From Myxococcota bacterium (GTDB lineage: Bacteria; Myxococcota_A; UBA9160; UBA4427), in the NCBI GenBank assembly GCA_036336835.1, contig JAYZFK010000034.1, positions 1 to 64,000 of the forward strand: a stretch of 64,000 nucleotides of DNA. Reading direction: 5' to 3'. Under the pieces are notes generated by a model. It was given only the letters and a program-made list of their open reading frames with translations. It was not told the DNA's origin and searched no databases. Positions 16,866 to 27,373 of this stretch are shown one piece after another (within the stretch, counting starts at the first letter, position 1; every line of letters starts with the position of its first letter). Position numbers and translations under genes: made by a program.

Positions 16866-17729
16866 ATGGCTGAGCATCCCAGATTGCTACTCGACGGCCT
16901 CGCCTTCGGCGAAGGCCCCCGCTGGTACGACGAGCGGCTGTACTTCTCGGACATCGGCGCTCGAGAGGTTCGCAGCGTCGATCTCGCCGGCCACTCGGAA
17001 CACATCGTGCGGGTGCCGTTCCGGCCGTCCGGGCTCGGCTGGCTGCCGGACGGGCGGTTGCTCGTCGTCTCGATGACCGACCATCGGCTGCTGCGGCTCG
17101 ACCCGACCGGACTGGTCGCGGTCGCCGATCTCTCCCCGTACTGCGGCGGGCACGCCAACGACATGGTCGTCGACGCGGCTGGCAGGGCCTACATCGGCAA
17201 CATGGGCTTCGACCTCGAGGCCGAGCCGATGGAGGTGCGCCCGACCGGACTGTTGCGGGTCGATCCCGACGGGACCGTCCGTGTGGTGGCCCAGGAGCTG
17301 ATCGCTCCCAACGGCATGGTGATCACGCCCGACGGCGCGACCCTCATCGTCGGCGAGAGCGGCGGCGCCCGTCTCACCGCTTTCGACATCGCGGCCGACG
17401 GCTCGTTGTCCAATCGCAGGAGCTACGCCGGGCTCGAGGGCGGCGCAGTCCCGGACGGGATCTGCCTCGATGTCCAGGGGGGCGTCTGGGTCGCCAGCCC
17501 GACGACCTTCGAGTTCCTCCGCGTGCTCGAGGGCGGCGGCGTCAGCGACCGGATCCCCGCCGGCGAGCCTGCCGGCAAGCGCAAGGCGATCGCCTGCATG
17601 CTCGGGGGGCCGCAGCGGCGCAGCCTGTTCCTGATCAGCTCGGTTACGATGATCGAGGGTGCGGAGGAGGCTCGGACGTCGCGCATCGACGTGGTTGAAG
17701 TCGACATACCCGGGGCGGGGCGACCCTGA
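16866..17729 (+). CDS. SMP-30/gluconolactonase/LRE family protein
   Basis: FGEGPRW, NDMVVD, PNGMVITPDG, PDGICLD. Confidence 0.92.
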   Translation: MAEHPRLLLDGLAFGEGPRWYDERLYFSDIGAREVRSVDLAGHSEHIVRVPFRPSGLGWLPDGRLLVVSMTDHRLLRLDPTGLVAVADLSPYCGGHANDMVVDAAGRAYIGNMGFDLEAEPMEVRPTGLLRVDPDGTVRVVAQELIAPNGMVITPDGATLIVGESGGARLTAFDIAADGSLSNRRSYAGLEGGAVPDGICLDVQGGVWVASPTTFEFLRVLEGGGVSDRIPAGEPAGKRKAIACMLGGPQRRSLFLISSVTMIEGAEEARTSRIDVVEVDIPGAGRP

Positions 17730-17756
17730 CGTGCGCCGCGCTCGCCCGGCCGAGGC

Positions 17757-19469
17757 ATGACGTTGACGACGCAAGGCACACGAGCCGCACCGGACGCGCT
17801 CGGCGCAGAGATCCTGCGCCACGCGCTGCGCATCGCGGCCGAAGAGGCCAGCATCGTGGTGGTCCGGTCGGCCCACTCGGCGATGATCGTCGAGGGCGCC
17901 GACGCCTGCGCCGGCATCCTCGACCGCGACGCCCGGTTGGTCGCCCTGTCGACCGCCACCAACCTGATGCACGCATCGAGCCTGCGCTGCTCACTCCCGG
18001 CGGTGATCGAGGACCACCCGCTTGCGTCCATGCGGCCGGGCGATGTGTTCGTGATGAACGACTGCTTCCGTGGCGGCATCCACGCCAATGACCTCGTGGT
18101 CTTCCGGCCCGTCTTCGTCAGGGGCGAGGTCGGCTACTTCACCGGCACGCTGATCCACGTGGCCGACCTCGGCGGCACCGCGGCCGGCGGCATCGCGCCG
18201 GACGCCACCGACGTCTTCGCCGAGGGCTTGCAGCTGCCACCAGTCCGGCTGTACGACGCCGGGGAGCCAGTGCGCGACCTCCAGCGCACGCTCGCGCTCA
18301 ACAGCCGAACGCCCGCGCGGGTTCTGGGCGAGGTCGACGCTCTCGTCGCCGGCACTGCGGTGGCCGCCCGCCGCGTGGACGCGCTGGTCGAGCGCTATGG
18401 CCCGGATGGCTTGCGGCGGGGCGTCGACGCCTACATCAGCGGCGTCGAGCAACGGATGCGCGGCGAGCTGGCGAAGCTGCGCCCGGGGACCTATCGCGGC
18501 GAGTACGCCGTCGACGACGACGGCATCGACCTCGCGCACTCTCCGGTCGTCCGAGTGGTGGTGACAGTCGGCGACGGACGGATCGCGGACGGAACGATCC
18601 GCCTCGACTTCTCGGAGACCGACGACCAGGCACTCGGTGCGATCAACGCGGGCTTCTCCCAGGCGCTCACCGGAGCGCTGCACTCGGTGCGTTGCTTCGT
18701 CGACCCGACCGTCCCGATGAACGAGGGTTGCTATGGGCCGGTGGAGGTGGTGTTCCGAAGGGGCTCGCTGCTCGATCCCGAGCCGCCGGCCGCCTGCGGC
18801 GGACGGGTCGTCGCAGTCACGGCCGCTTGCGAGGCCGCGCTCGCGGCGCTCTCGGAGGCACGACCGGAGCAGGCCACCGCCGCAAGCTCGGTGATCCATC
18901 CGTTCACGCTCTCCGGGATGGGCGGCAACCCCTGGATGCTGCTGTCGTACGAGTACGGCGGCATCGGCGCGCGCCGCGGCTCGGACGGCCCGAGCGCAAC
19001 CGGTGCGTTCTTCCTCGGCGGACGCAACGTCGTCCCCCAGATCGAGCCGCTGGAAGCCCGGTTTCCGATCCGCGTGGAAGCCCAGCGGCTGATCCGCGAC
19101 TCGGGCGGCGCCGGACGCACGCGCGGCGGGCTCGGAGTCGAGACACGCATCGAGCTGCTCGAGGACGCCGAGCTGTCACTGCGGGCCGAGCGCGTGCGCC
19201 ACGCGCCGCGCGGGCGCGACGGTGGCCACGACGGTCGCGCCGGGAGCCAGCGCGTCGAAGCTGCGGACGGCTCGACGCGCGCCATCCCGGCCAAGGTCTC
19301 GAACTTCCGGCTGGCCGCGGGCGAGACCTTCGTGCTGACCACCTCGGGCGGTGGCGGCCTCGGCGAGCCGAGCGAGCGCGACCCCAGCGCTCTCGCGCGC
19401 GACATCGCCGAACACCACGTGAGCCGCGACGCGGCGCGCACCGAGTACGACCGGGACGACTCGACATGA
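17757..19469 (+). CDS. hydantoinase B / 5-oxoprolinase subunit
   Basis: PGDVFVMND, GGIHANDL, HVADLGG, EGLQLPPV, DSGGAGRTRGG, GGGGLG. Confidence 0.9.
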   Translation: MTLTTQGTRAAPDALGAEILRHALRIAAEEASIVVVRSAHSAMIVEGADACAGILDRDARLVALSTATNLMHASSLRCSLPAVIEDHPLASMRPGDVFVMNDCFRGGIHANDLVVFRPVFVRGEVGYFTGTLIHVADLGGTAAGGIAPDATDVFAEGLQLPPVRLYDAGEPVRDLQRTLALNSRTPARVLGEVDALVAGTAVAARRVDALVERYGPDGLRRGVDAYISGVEQRMRGELAKLRPGTYRGEYAVDDDGIDLAHSPVVRVVVTVGDGRIADGTIRLDFSETDDQALGAINAGFSQALTGALHSVRCFVDPTVPMNEGCYGPVEVVFRRGSLLDPEPPAACGGRVVAVTAACEAALAALSEARPEQATAASSVIHPFTLSGMGGNPWMLLSYEYGGIGARRGSDGPSATGAFFLGGRNVVPQIEPLEARFPIRVEAQRLIRDSGGAGRTRGGLGVETRIELLEDAELSLRAERVRHAPRGRDGGHDGRAGSQRVEAADGSTRAIPAKVSNFRLAAGETFVLTTSGGGGLGEPSERDPSALARDIAEHHVSRDAARTEYDRDDST

Positions 19470-21547
19470 GCGCGCGGCGCGGCTGGGTGCTCGGCAGCGA
19501 CATCGGCGGGACCTTCACGGACATCGTGCTCGCGGGTCCCGGCGGCGCCTGGATCTCGATCAAGCAGCTGACGACGCCCGACGCTCCCGAGCGGAGCGTG
19601 CTCGATGGCACGCTCCGCGCACTCGACTCCGCTGGCATCGGCGCCGGCGACGTAACACGGGTGGTGCACGCGACAACGCTCGCGACCAACGCGGTGATCG
19701 AGCGGCGCGGCGCGCGCACCGCGTTCGTCGCCACAGCCGGCTTCGGCGACCTGCTGCGTATCGGACGCAGCAGCCGTGTCGAGGAAGACCGCTATGACCT
19801 TCATTTCGCACAGCCCGAGCCGCCACTGCCCTACGAGCGGATCTTCGAGGTCGCAGAACGGATGGGGCCGCGGGGCGAGATCGTTCGGCCGCTCGGCGAC
19901 GCTCACGCGCGCGAGGTCGCAGCGCTGGTCGCCGAGCAGCAACCCGAGGCGGTCGCCGTCTGCTTCCTGCACGCCTACGCCAACGCGACACACGAAGAGC
20001 GGATGCAGAGCCACCTCGCCGCACAGCTTCCGGACGCGCGCATCGTACTGTCGTCTCGGGTGCATCCGGAGATTCGCGAGTTCGACCGCGCATGCACGAC
20101 GCTGTACACGGCCGCGGTCGCGCCGCGGATGGCCCGCTATCTCGAGACGCTGAGCTCTGGACTCCGCGCTCTCGGCATCCGCGCTCCGCTGCAGGTGATG
20201 GAGTCGTCGGGCGGCGTGATGGCCGCGGCCGTTGCCGCCGAGCGCGCGGTGGCGACTCTCGAGTCCGGTGGCGCTGCAGGGGTGATGGCCGCAACTCGCT
20301 TCGCCCGCCACCACGGACTCGACCGCGTCATCTCCTTCGACATGGGCGGGACGACGGTGAAGGCCGGGGTGGTCCACGATGGCGAGCCGCAGCTCGCCCG
20401 CGAGCTTCAGATCGGGGGCAAGGGCAGCTTCGGCGGCCGTCGAGCCGGCAGCGGGCTGCCGGTCAAGATACCGACCGTCGACATTGCAGAGCTCGGCGCG
20501 GGCGGCGGCTCGATCGCCTGGGTCGACGCCGAGGGCCTGCTGCAGGTCGGGCCGCGCTCGGCCGGCGCCGACCCGGGTCCGGCCTGCTACGGCCGCGGCG
20601 GAAGGGCGCCGACGGTGACGGACGCAAACCTCGTGCTCGGCTACCTCGATGCCGAGCGCTTCGGAAGCGGGTCTCTGAAGCTCGACGCCGATGCCGCGCA
20701 ACGAGCGCTCGACGAGCAGATCGCCCGCCCCCTGGCAGTCGAGGTCGAGCAGGCCGCCGCGGCGATCCACGACGCGGTGAACGCCAGTCTCGCCAGCGCG
20801 ATTCACGTGGTCACCGTACAGCGGGGCCTCGATCCGCGAGACCACACGATCGTTGGCTTCGGCGGCGCCGGCCCGATGCACATGGCCGGCGTCGCCGAGC
20901 GCTTCGGGATCCGCCGCGGAATCGTGCCACCGGAGGCGGGCGTCGCGGCCGCCGTCGGAATGCAGAGCAGTGACCTGCGGATCGAGCACGGGCGGAGCCA
21001 GCTGCTGCGGCCGGCGGAGCTCTCGCCGGCGGTGGCACAGGAACGATTCGCCGAGCTCGAGGCGAGCGCTCTCGACCGCATGGGCTACGACTCCAGACCG
21101 GCGGACCTCGAAGTCGAACACCTCGTCGACGCGCGCTTCGAAGGACAGTCTCACGAGCTCTGTGTGCCGCTCCGATCGCTCGACGGCGCTGGCCTCGGCA
21201 CCGTCGAGGCGGCCTTCCGCGAGCGGTACCGCGCCGCCTACGGGGTCGAGGCGCGGGGCGTCGTCGAGTACGCAGCGCTGCGGGTCCGGCTGCGCGTTCC
21301 GGTCGTTGCCCCTCCCCTGCCGCACGCCGCGACGTCCGGCGATGCGGAGCCGCGCTCGCAGCGGCGTGCCCACTTTGGCGATCTCTTCGTCGACACGGCG
21401 GTCTACGACCGGGCCGGCCTCGCTGCCGGCGCCGTGCTCGAGGGCCCCGCCATCCTGGAGGGCCGGGGCGAGACGATCGTGGTGCCTCCTGGATGGAGCG
21501 CCCGGGTCGACCCGACCGGCAGCATCGTGCTCGAGCAGTCGGGCTGA
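19466..21547 (+). CDS. hydantoinase A / 5-oxoprolinase ATP-binding subunit
   Basis: DIGGTFTD, HATTLATNA, FDMGGTT, GAGGGSIA, SAGADPGPACYG, PTVTDA; ATG overlaps the stop of subunit B. Confidence 0.92.
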   Translation: MSARRGWVLGSDIGGTFTDIVLAGPGGAWISIKQLTTPDAPERSVLDGTLRALDSAGIGAGDVTRVVHATTLATNAVIERRGARTAFVATAGFGDLLRIGRSSRVEEDRYDLHFAQPEPPLPYERIFEVAERMGPRGEIVRPLGDAHAREVAALVAEQQPEAVAVCFLHAYANATHEERMQSHLAAQLPDARIVLSSRVHPEIREFDRACTTLYTAAVAPRMARYLETLSSGLRALGIRAPLQVMESSGGVMAAAVAAERAVATLESGGAAGVMAATRFARHHGLDRVISFDMGGTTVKAGVVHDGEPQLARELQIGGKGSFGGRRAGSGLPVKIPTVDIAELGAGGGSIAWVDAEGLLQVGPRSAGADPGPACYGRGGRAPTVTDANLVLGYLDAERFGSGSLKLDADAAQRALDEQIARPLAVEVEQAAAAIHDAVNASLASAIHVVTVQRGLDPRDHTIVGFGGAGPMHMAGVAERFGIRRGIVPPEAGVAAAVGMQSSDLRIEHGRSQLLRPAELSPAVAQERFAELEASALDRMGYDSRPADLEVEHLVDARFEGQSHELCVPLRSLDGAGLGTVEAAFRERYRAAYGVEARGVVEYAALRVRLRVPVVAPPLPHAATSGDAEPRSQRRAHFGDLFVDTAVYDRAGLAAGAVLEGPAILEGRGETIVVPPGWSARVDPTGSIVLEQSG

Positions 21548-21624
21548 CCCCAGAGCCCGACCTGCGAGCACGACCCGGGCCACCGCGCAAACGGGTCCGG
21601 GCCGCGGTGCTCGAGCGGTGAGCC

Positions 21625-22224
21625 CTACCGCTGCGCTTGCGCTCGCGCTCGCGCAACGCGCAATGCCCCGGCCGCGGTGGGGATCTCCGGGTCGAGCGTC
21701 AGCGCGGTCTGCAGCTGCCTCGCCGAGAGCATGAAATCGATCGGCGCTCCGTGGAGCTCGCCCCGCTTGAGGTACACGAGCCCCAGCAACAGCCGCGACT
21801 GGGCGTTGTCCGGGGCGAGCTTGACCAGGATTTCCGCGTTCGCGGTAGCGGATTCGACCAGCGTGCGCAGCTCAGCGCCCTGCCCGCGCGTGCTTCCCAG
21901 CTCATCGATCAGCTGCCGCGCGATTGCCCGCCGCAGGCGAGCATCGCTCTGAACCACGGGGGCAAGCGAGGAGACCGGGGAAATGCGCCCGAGCAACTCG
22001 ACCGCCTCTTCGTCAAGCAGCGTCGAGGCCTCGAGCTCGCCGAGCGCCTCGCGCGCTTGCCCGGCCTGCAGCAACGACGCGACGCGCCGGTGATAGCCCG
22101 TTTCGAGGAGCCACCGGCCCACTGGCGGGCTGCCCCACTCGAGGAGCGCCGCCACGAGCAGGCAGCCTGCCCCCACGGCGAGCCCGATCCGTCGTCGCCA
22201 GTCTACTTTCGGCGCGTCAGCCAT
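21625..22224 (-). CDS. membrane-anchored hypothetical protein with TPR-like C-terminus
   Basis: N-terminal TM helix; LAPDNAQSRLLLGLVYL...ALTLDP TPR-like pattern; overlaps the upstream desaturase gene. Confidence 0.6.
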   Translation of the reverse strand: MADAPKVDWRRRIGLAVGAGCLLVAALLEWGSPPVGRWLLETGYHRRVASLLQAGQAREALGELEASTLLDEEAVELLGRISPVSSLAPVVQSDARLRRAIARQLIDELGSTRGQGAELRTLVESATANAEILVKLAPDNAQSRLLLGLVYLKRGELHGAPIDFMLSARQLQTALTLDPEIPTAAGALRVARARAQAQR

Positions 22225-23101
22225 TGGGCGCGAGCAAGGAGCGGAAGGGCGCCATCAGCTGACCGCCGAAGCTGGTGGGATATTCGTCGATGTCGTCGAA
22301 GCCGAGCTCGATCTCGTTTCGATCGTCCGGCAGATAGGCCGTTCCGAACAGATAGTCCCAGAGACACAACGCATCGCCGTAGTTCACGTTGCGCTTGTAG
22401 TCCACGGCTGCCGCATGGTGCCACAGGTGGATCTGCGGGTTGTTCAGCACATACTTGAGCGGCCCGAGCGGCAGTCGGACGTTGGCGTGCGTGAACGCGG
22501 AGAACACCGCAATGAACAGCCCGACCGCGAACGTGTCCTGCACCGCAAAGCCAATCATGCCAATGGGGACGTAGAACACGAACGGGTAGAAGAGCTTCTC
22601 GACGAAGTGGATCCGGCCGGCGTTCAGCACATCGAGCTCCCGCGCCGAATGGTGGACCTTGTGAAACGCCCACAGGAAGTCGACGTGGTGCAGCAACCAG
22701 TGCCCGAGCCAGGAGGTCAGATCGAGCGCGAGGACGAGCAGCAGATAGCGCAGCCAGATGGGCAGGGCCTCGAGCCGGATCGCGACTAGATGCTCGATTC
22801 CGAAGTAGTGCGCGAGCGCGTCCCGGAACACGACACTCGTGACCTCGACGAGTGCCGTGCCGATCAACATCCAGAAGATCAGGTAATTGAACAGCGTGTA
22901 GAAGAGATCGAGACCAACGCCGTTGCGCAGCTTCTTCTGCCTTGGCCGCCAGGGGAAGAAATACTCCCAGGCGAGGAACGCCGCGATCACGCCGACGTAC
23001 AGATGCACTGCGAACGTAGGCCGCAGCAGACTGTCGAGTCCTGCCCGCAGGGCCGACAGCTCGACGAGCACGAACAGATCCCAGTAGTCCTGCAGCACCA
23101 T
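22217..23101 (-). CDS. sterol desaturase / fatty acid hydroxylase superfamily protein
   Basis: His boxes HWLLH, HKVHH, HAN...HLWHH, plus NYG..L..WDYLFGT. Confidence 0.9.
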   Translation of the reverse strand: MVLQDYWDLFVLVELSALRAGLDSLLRPTFAVHLYVGVIAAFLAWEYFFPWRPRQKKLRNGVGLDLFYTLFNYLIFWMLIGTALVEVTSVVFRDALAHYFGIEHLVAIRLEALPIWLRYLLLVLALDLTSWLGHWLLHHVDFLWAFHKVHHSARELDVLNAGRIHFVEKLFYPFVFYVPIGMIGFAVQDTFAVGLFIAVFSAFTHANVRLPLGPLKYVLNNPQIHLWHHAAAVDYKRNVNYGDALCLWDYLFGTAYLPDDRNEIELGFDDIDEYPTSFGGQLMAPFRSLLAPNG

Positions 23102-23221
23102 CGCCAGAGCGCTCCGCCGGCCAAAGATAGAGCATCCCCGGTCCGAGCCGGAGGCACTCCAGGCAGGTCCCGATCCTCGGCGGAAAGGCGATGCCCGACA
23201 GCCGGCGCGGACGCCTCGGCC

Positions 23222-24181
23222 TCAGCCGGATCGCAGATCGGCGAAGTAGAAGCGCGCGACCTGGTTGAGCACGTCCGCGCGCTCCCACTGCAGGAAGTGC
23301 CCGCACTCGGGCACCACGAGGGGGCCGACGCGGTTGGGAAAGGCGACCTCACAGCGTTTGGGGAAGTCGCTGGGCACGACCTGGTCCTCGGGTCCGTACA
23401 GAATCAGGGTCGGGGTCTCGACCTGCTGCGCCAACAGCGGAGCCTCCGTCATCGACCGCCCGTACTCGAGCTGATACGGCGCCCAGCCCGCGTACAGGCG
23501 GCGCGCATCCTCGAAAGGCTCGACCATGAAGTCGTAGTCGGCCTCCTCGAACGAGTACTGCGATGCGAGCAGGCGATGCTCGTAGAAATCGCGCACGTAG
23601 CGTCGCCGTCTCGCCGGGGTATCGAGCTCCTCGAGCAGCTCCTTCCAGTCCCTCCCCTGCCGGATGCGATAGTCCCCCGTCGGCCCGTGCTCGAGCGGAT
23701 TCATGCCCAGCCCGCGCTCCGCGTACCAGTCGGAGCGCTCGGGCACCATGGGCGCGACAGTGTTGAAGAAGATCATTCGGTCGACGAAGCCGGGGAAACG
23801 GTTCGCCATGTCGCAGATCACCACGCCGCCGACGTCCCCTCCTATCAGCCCGCAACGCTCGTGGCCGAGCACGTCGTGGACCAGGGCGTAGAGGTCGCGC
23901 GAGTAGAGGACCAGGTCGTACTCGTCCCGCTCGGAGATGTCGGAGTCCCCGTAGCCGCGTAGATCCGGAACGATGACCTCGAAGCCCGCCTCGGCGAGCG
24001 GCCGGACGTTGCGCCACCAGATTCGCTTGGTCTCGGGATAGCCGTGCACGAGCACGAGCGGATAGCCGCCGATGCCCTCGCGCAGATAGGCGAGCTGCAT
24101 GTCTTCGGCGACGCGCGCCCGGTGGAGATCGAACGCATCGCGAGCGGGTGTCTCGGGCTGATCCGGACGAATGCTGGGCAC
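23222..24181 (-). CDS. alpha/beta hydrolase (epoxide hydrolase / haloacetate dehalogenase-like)
   Basis: HGYP, DLRGYGDS, GGDVGG (Asp nucleophile), CGHFLQWE; GTG 24181 with GGAGG RBS. Confidence 0.88.
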   Translation of the reverse strand: MPSIRPDQPETPARDAFDLHRARVAEDMQLAYLREGIGGYPLVLVHGYPETKRIWWRNVRPLAEAGFEVIVPDLRGYGDSDISERDEYDLVLYSRDLYALVHDVLGHERCGLIGGDVGGVVICDMANRFPGFVDRMIFFNTVAPMVPERSDWYAERGLGMNPLEHGPTGDYRIRQGRDWKELLEELDTPARRRRYVRDFYEHRLLASQYSFEEADYDFMVEPFEDARRLYAGWAPYQLEYGRSMTEAPLLAQQVETPTLILYGPEDQVVPSDFPKRCEVAFPNRVGPLVVPECGHFLQWERADVLNQVARFYFADLRSG

Positions 24182-24198
24182 TGGCAGTCCTCCCCGGC

Positions 24199-24846
24199 TC
24201 AGCTCTCGAGCCCGGTCGGGCAGGCGACGCCCGTCCCGCCGAGCCCGCAGTATCCACCGGGATTCTTGTGCAGGTACTGCTGATGGTAGTCCTCGGCGTA
24301 GTAGAACTCGGCCGCGTCGAGGATCTCGCTGGTGATCCCGGCAAAGCCCGCCTCGGCGAGCCTCGCCTCGTACTTCTCGCGCGACACCTCGGCGACGGCT
24401 CGCTGAGCATCGGAGGCGAGATAGATCCCCGAGCGGTACTGCGTGCCGACGTCGTTGCCCTGCTGCATCCCCTGGGTCGGATCGTGGCTCTCCCAGAACA
24501 TTCGGAGCATCGCTTCGTACGACGTCCGAGCGGGATCGAACACTACGAGCACGACCTCGTTGTGGCCGGTCATCCCGCTGCAGACCTCCTCGTACGTCGG
24601 GTTGCGCGTGTGGCCTGCCGCGTATCCGACCGCGGTCGTCCAGACACCGGGCGCCTGCCAAAAGATGCGCTCCGCGCCCCAGAAACAGCCGAGCCCGAAC
24701 ACCGCCGACTCGAAACCTTCGGGGAACGGCGGCGTCATCGGGTTGCCGAGGACCGCGTGCGCGGCGGCAACCGGCATGCACTCCTCGCGGCCCGGGAGTG
24801 CGTCGGCGGGATCGGGTATGCGGGTCTTGTCGCGAAAGAGTCCCAT
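24199..24846 (-). CDS. msrA: peptide-methionine (S)-S-oxide reductase
   Basis: [48 protein letters not shown]. Confidence 0.97.
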   Translation of the reverse strand: MGLFRDKTRIPDPADALPGREECMPVAAAHAVLGNPMTPPFPEGFESAVFGLGCFWGAERIFWQAPGVWTTAVGYAAGHTRNPTYEEVCSGMTGHNEVVLVVFDPARTSYEAMLRMFWESHDPTQGMQQGNDVGTQYRSGIYLASDAQRAVAEVSREKYEARLAEAGFAGITSEILDAAEFYYAEDYHQQYLHKNPGGYCGLGGTGVACPTGLES

Positions 24847-24895
24847 GGGTCACCTCCGTGGCCCCCTAGGATAGTGCGACGCTACGCTGCCGCGC

Positions 24896-25675
24896 ATGCG
24901 AATCGCCACCTGGAACGTCAACGGGCTGCGCGCCCGCCTCGACTTCGTGCTGCTGTGGCTCCGCGAGCGCGAGCCCGATCTCGTCGGCCTGCAGGAGCTG
25001 AAGCTCACGGACGACCTGTTCCCCCACGCGGAGCTCGAGCAGGCGGGCTACCAGGCCGTGACGCACGGACAGAAGAGCTGGAACGGCGTCGCCATCCTGT
25101 CGCGCGAGCCCGTCGAGCTCACGCACACGGGCCTCGAAGGCCAGGAAGACTTCGGCGCGCGGCTGCTGACCGCACGGCTGGGCGACCTGTCGTTCGCCAC
25201 CGTCTACTGCCCGAACGGCAAGACGCTCGAGCACGCGGACTACCCGAGGAAGCTCGCCTGGTTCGACGCGCTCGCCGCGCACTGGAAGAGCCACCACGAC
25301 CCTGACCTCCCGGCGGTGCTGTGCGGCGACTTCAACGTGTGCCCTACGGCGCTCGATTCGTGGGATGGCGATCGCCGCGCCGGACAACTCTTCCACACCG
25401 ACGCCGAGCGCGAGCGAATCGCCAGCCTGCGAGCACTCGGCCTGATCGACCTGTTCCGCGACGTCTACCCCGAGGAGCAGGCGTTCTCCTGGTGGGACTA
25501 CCGGGGCGGAGCCTTTCACCGCAAGCAGGGCCTGCGCATCGATTTCCTGCTCGCCACCAAGGTCGTGCGCGAGCGCGTGCGCCTCGTCGAGATCGACCGC
25601 GAGTACCGCAAGAAGCACGACGGCCTCACCGCGTCGGATCACGCACCCGTGTTTGCAGACCTGGCGGAGGACTAG
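24896..25675 (+). CDS. xth: exodeoxyribonuclease III
   Basis: ATWNVNGLRAR, LQELK, GDFNV, FSWWDYR, GLRID, SDHAPV. Confidence 0.95.
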   Translation: MRIATWNVNGLRARLDFVLLWLREREPDLVGLQELKLTDDLFPHAELEQAGYQAVTHGQKSWNGVAILSREPVELTHTGLEGQEDFGARLLTARLGDLSFATVYCPNGKTLEHADYPRKLAWFDALAAHWKSHHDPDLPAVLCGDFNVCPTALDSWDGDRRAGQLFHTDAERERIASLRALGLIDLFRDVYPEEQAFSWWDYRGGAFHRKQGLRIDFLLATKVVRERVRLVEIDREYRKKHDGLTASDHAPVFADLAED

Positions 25676-25677
25676 TC

Positions 25678-26154
25678 ATGGGGATCCTGGGATTCACGCA
25701 CGTTGGCATCTGCGTCTCGGACCTCGAGCGCTCGCGGCGCTTCTACCAGGACGTGTTCGGCTTCGCGCCGGTGAGCGAGCTCGCGATCGACGGCGGCCCG
25801 ACGGAGCAGATGATGGAGCTCGACGACCTCGAGCTTCGCTGTCTGTTCCTCGAACGCGACGGCGTGCGCATCGAGCTGATGCACCAGCAGACGCCCGGCA
25901 CGGTCGGAAGCGGCGAAGCAACGCCGATGAACCGGCGCGGCCTCACACACTTCGCGTTCCGCGTCGACGACCTCGACGCAACGCTCGGACGGATCGAGGC
26001 TGCCGGAGGCCGCCTGCTCGAGCAGACGCGGATCGCGAACCCGGCCTTTCAGGCGAAAGTGATCTGCGTGCTCGACCCCGACGGCGTGCGGCTCGAGCTG
26101 GTCGAGGCCCCGGGCGACCCGTTCGAGCCGCTGGGCACACCCGCCGGGGCCTGA
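25678..26154 (+). CDS. VOC (glyoxalase) family protein
   Basis: HVGICVSDLERSRRFY, IELM, THFAFRVDDLD, DPDGVRLELVE. Confidence 0.9.
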   Translation: MGILGFTHVGICVSDLERSRRFYQDVFGFAPVSELAIDGGPTEQMMELDDLELRCLFLERDGVRIELMHQQTPGTVGSGEATPMNRRGLTHFAFRVDDLDATLGRIEAAGGRLLEQTRIANPAFQAKVICVLDPDGVRLELVEAPGDPFEPLGTPAGA

Positions 26155-26262
26155 AGCGGCGAAGGCTCGCCAGCTCTGGAGGCGAGCGGGGCTCGGCCGC
26201 GTTGCATCCCGGCGCGACGTTGGCGCATGATGCGCTCCGCACCCCTGCCCGAGACGACGACC

Positions 26263-27339
26263 ATGCACTTCGGACTCACGCAAGAGCAGACGCTGATGCA
26301 ACACGCGATCCGCGAGCTCGCCGCGGGCGAGCTGCCGCCGAACCGGCGGCGCGCGCTGTTCGACGAGGGCACGGGCTTCGACCCCGACCTCTGGCAGCGG
26401 GCTGCAGAGACCGGCCTTGCGGGTCTCGTCGTCCCGGAAGAGCACGGCGGAGCAGGCCTCGATCTCCTCGACCTGGCACTGGCAAGCGAGGTGATCGGTG
26501 AGGCCGCGCTCCCGGGTCCCTTCCTGGGGCATTCGCTGGCGACGATCGCCCTCGCCTGCGGGGGCAGCGAGGCCCAGAAATCGGAGTGGCTGCCGAAGCT
26601 CGCGACCGGCGACACAATCGGCACGGTGGCCCTCGGTGAACGCGGCGACGTCTGGGACCCGGCGGGCTGGCAGACCAAGGACACCGGCGGGGTGGTCAGC
26701 GGAGACAAGCAGTTCGTCGAGCACGGCGATCGCGCGAATTTGATCGTGGTCGGCACCGCCGGCGGCGGGCTGTCCCTGGTCGAGGGGCAGAGCCTCGGCC
26801 GCAGCGAGGTCGTCGACGGACTCGATCGCACGCGTCGGCTCGCGCACCTCGGCTTCGACGGCGCGCCCGCCGAGGCACTGGCCGGCGGACCCACCGCGGC
26901 GGACGCGGTCTGCGAAGCCGGGCGCATCCTGCTGGCGGCCGACGCCTTCGGCGCGTCGTGGAAATTGATCCGCATGACGGTCGAGTACACGCTCGAGCGC
27001 GAGCAGTTCGGAACCAAGATCGCGCAGTTCCAGTCCGTGAAGCACCAGCTCGCAAACCTGGCCGCCCGCTGCGAACCGATGCGTGGGCTGTTCTGGAGCG
27101 CGGCCTACTCCTTCGACCACCTGCCCGCCGAGCGCGCACGCGAAGCGGCCGCCGCGAAGGCACACATCACCGAGACAGCCGTCGATATCGGTCGCCACGC
27201 GGTCGAGCTGCACGGCGGGATCGGGTTCACCTGGGAATGCGACGTCCAGTTCTGGCTGAAGCGCACGATGTTCGACCGAACCTGGCTCGGCTCGCCGCGC
27301 GCGCATCGAGAACGACTCGCGCAGCTCTCGGACTGGTAG
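26263..27339 (+). CDS. acyl-CoA dehydrogenase family protein (short, probable non-catalytic partner subunit)
   Basis: REQFGTKIAQFQSVKH, LHGGIGFTWE; about 358 aa. Confidence 0.88.
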   Translation: MHFGLTQEQTLMQHAIRELAAGELPPNRRRALFDEGTGFDPDLWQRAAETGLAGLVVPEEHGGAGLDLLDLALASEVIGEAALPGPFLGHSLATIALACGGSEAQKSEWLPKLATGDTIGTVALGERGDVWDPAGWQTKDTGGVVSGDKQFVEHGDRANLIVVGTAGGGLSLVEGQSLGRSEVVDGLDRTRRLAHLGFDGAPAEALAGGPTAADAVCEAGRILLAADAFGASWKLIRMTVEYTLEREQFGTKIAQFQSVKHQLANLAARCEPMRGLFWSAAYSFDHLPAERAREAAAAKAHITETAVDIGRHAVELHGGIGFTWECDVQFWLKRTMFDRTWLGSPRAHRERLAQLSDW

Positions 27340-27373
27340 CCGGACGAATCGCCCGACAGAGGAACAGCGACGC

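Noticed and set aside
18731..21583. 950-aa antisense ORF (and similar long ORFs such as 30009..32960, 28335..30443, 48312..50699, 33745..35772)
   Set aside because: Antisense or off-frame shadows of well-supported genes, with no recognisable motifs.
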